DNA of 49,818 nt from NCBI GenBank assembly GCA_001303765.1, contig LJUH01000001.1, positions 1 to 49,818 on the forward strand, read 5' to 3'. Under the pieces are notes generated by a model. That model was not told where the DNA came from. It searched no databases and was given only the letters and a program-made list of their open reading frames with translations. Numbering within the stretch: position 1 is the stretch's first letter; the number at the start of each line of letters is the position of its first letter. Origin of the DNA: Chlamydiae bacterium SM23_39. Its GTDB lineage: Bacteria; Chlamydiota; Chlamydiia; Chlamydiales; SM23-39. Positions 48,495-49,818 of the stretch are shown one piece after another. A program made the translations under genes and the position numbers.

Positions 48495-49367
48495 ATGAAA
48501 GAAAAATTATTAGAATTAAATAAAGAGGGATTTATACCAGGACCTACAGAAACGGAAGACCTTTTTTTTAAAAGAGTTAACCTTACAAAAGAATTATTAA
48601 AAGAAAAAAAAAATTTTTTTGAAAAAAGAAAAAAAAATATTCCTTTTAACATGGAAGATCATTTAAAAAAGCCTGATGTAAATTGGGTAAAGGCAACGCT
48701 GCTTAATCTATTCGATTTTTCTGGAAACCATTTTTCTGCTTTTTTTTCTAATGAAAAATTAAAAATTTTTCAAGGAGCTGCAAGCTGGATAGTAGATATT
48801 GAAAATGTTAATATCCCATTATTACAAATTAGAAAAGGATTTAAAAAGGGTTCTTTTTTAAAAATATATGACCTATCAGATGTGATAGCTCATGAACTCG
48901 TCCACTTTGCAAGAGTTGCATTTGATGAACCTATATATGAAGAATTTTTTGCTTATTTAACCTCTACTAATATTATTAGAAAAATTTTTGGTCCTCTTTT
49001 TTCTTCTTATAAAATCTTTTATCTTTTTTTATTTTTTTTCTTTTTTGGTCTTCTCTTCCATCCAGCCTTTCCATTTATAAGTATAGTTTTTTCTACCGTA
49101 TCATTTACAATATTAAGCATTGCACTTTTTAAATTATTTTTTAGAAAAACTATTTTTCATAGATGTTATAAAAAACTATTTTCTATTTTTAAAAATAAAA
49201 AAAAACCATTAGCTGTAATGTTTAGATTAAAAGATAAAGAGATAAAAAATTTTGCTAAAATGTCTAAAAAAGAAATTATAAAATATGCACAAGAAAAAAA
49301 AGAAAAAAATCTTAGATGGAAAATTATATATTTTGCTTATTTTGAGGATATTATCTCTTCAAGTTAA
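48495..49367 (+). CDS. Hypothetical membrane protein with an HExxH motif (possible zinc metallopeptidase-like)
   Basis: 290 aa. VIAHELVHFARVAFDEPIYEEFFAY is followed by two or three hydrophobic helices (IFYLFLFFFFFGLLFHPAFPFISIVFSTVSFTILSIALF). I recognise no family. Confidence 0.45.
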   Translation: MKEKLLELNKEGFIPGPTETEDLFFKRVNLTKELLKEKKNFFEKRKKNIPFNMEDHLKKPDVNWVKATLLNLFDFSGNHFSAFFSNEKLKIFQGAASWIVDIENVNIPLLQIRKGFKKGSFLKIYDLSDVIAHELVHFARVAFDEPIYEEFFAYLTSTNIIRKIFGPLFSSYKIFYLFLFFFFFGLLFHPAFPFISIVFSTVSFTILSIALFKLFFRKTIFHRCYKKLFSIFKNKKKPLAVMFRLKDKEIKNFAKMSKKEIIKYAQEKKEKNLRWKIIYFAYFEDIISSS

Positions 49368-49440
49368 GAAACATCTGAAAAATTCTGAAATTACAAAAGA
49401 TAAAGAAATTTTTATGATATTTTCAAAAATTTTTAATGTG

Positions 49441-49813
49441 TTAAAAACTTCTTTTTCCATTTTTTTCATTATGTTGCCAATAGTTTTTTTTTCTTACTTT
49501 AAAAAGGACTATGAATAATAATTGCATCTACTATTGTTCCCTCTTTTATAAAAAATCCTTTTTCGGTTAAACGAGAAAAAATTAAAAAAATTTCTTTAGT
49601 AAGTTTATGTTTTTCTAGTAAATGACTAAAATGCAATATTGTTGTTTCACCGGGCACTCTATCTTCCAAAAGATCTAATTTTAAAAATTTTTGAAAAAAA
49701 TTTCTATCATATATCCCGAATATTTCATGAAAAATAAAAAAAAATGAGAAAAAAACCTTATAAATTGCTATAGTGCAATATATTAACCTTTAAAAAAAGG
49801 CTTTTTTCTCATG
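49441..49813 (-). mobile_element. IS5-family-like DDE transposase gene remnant (N-terminal DUF772-type region only), inactivated
   Basis: The minus-strand frame 49789..49499 reads ...HEIFGIYDRNFFQKFLKLDLLEDRVPGETTILHFSHLLEKHKLTKEIFLIFSRLTEKGFFIKEGTIVDATIIHSPF*. This matches the IS5-type pattern (...fr.FlGl.l.d.vPd.TTi..Fr..Le.h.l...if......l...G......GTIvDATII.aPsS). There is no start codon and the stop comes early. A shifted frame continues KVRKKNYWQHNEKNGKRSF* down to 49441. The DDE catalytic region is absent. Confidence 0.6.
49715..49813 (-). repeat. Right arm of the 99-bp perfect inverted repeat (partner 1..99)
   Basis: This is the exact reverse complement of 1..99. Here the sequence continues inward as the transposase remnant, whereas the left arm abuts the integrase fragment. 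Confidence 0.9.
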
Positions 49814-49818
49814 AATAA

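Overview
This is a very AT-rich bacterial chromosomal segment (G+C judged by eye, not computed). I attribute it to a Chlamydia-like organism (Chlamydiota). Three things support that: a type III secretion block in the chlamydial order sctJ-(K-position gene)-sctL-sctR-sctS-sctT, a DNA topoisomerase I with a C-terminal SWIB domain fusion, and a Tsp-type tail-specific protease.

Most of the window is core gene content:
- rpsL-rpsG-fusA-rpsJ
- rodA/ftsW-family gene, birA, gpmA and a pseudouridine synthase
- UDPGP-family pyrophosphorylase
- DUF47 plus PiT phosphate uptake pair
- glgP and an amino-acid binding protein
- sufBCDS, pgeF and tRNA-Phe

The parts that deserve a second look are:
1. A perfect 99-bp inverted repeat sits at the two ends of the window (1..99 and 49715..49813). 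Its arms are pieces of an IS5-like transposase gene, and the left arm cuts a tRNA-Phe-associated integrase gene.
2. A decaying accessory islet at about 10.4-15.3 kb contains an apparently intact candidate polymorphic-toxin/immunity pair (687 aa plus 133 aa, TGATG overlap). Around it are gene wrecks: a HigA-like remnant, a winged-helix-like remnant, a doubly damaged rhuM and a DUF3795-like fragment. A small NUDIX hydrolase there is intact.
3. A GadC-family antiporter gene overlaps an aspartate 4-decarboxylase gene, which suggests an aspartate/alanine decarboxylation-antiport module.
4. A two-partner (type Vb) secretion pair encodes a 1369-aa glycine-rich exoprotein.
5. A family-3 glycosidase gene is split by one in-frame TGA, followed immediately by AGGAGG-N5-ATG.
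6. A WD40 pseudogene lies in a spacer of about 1 kb upstream of the T3SS operon.

I saw no rRNA genes and no CRISPR array. All family assignments come from reading the supplied translations against remembered family motifs. No database search was run.
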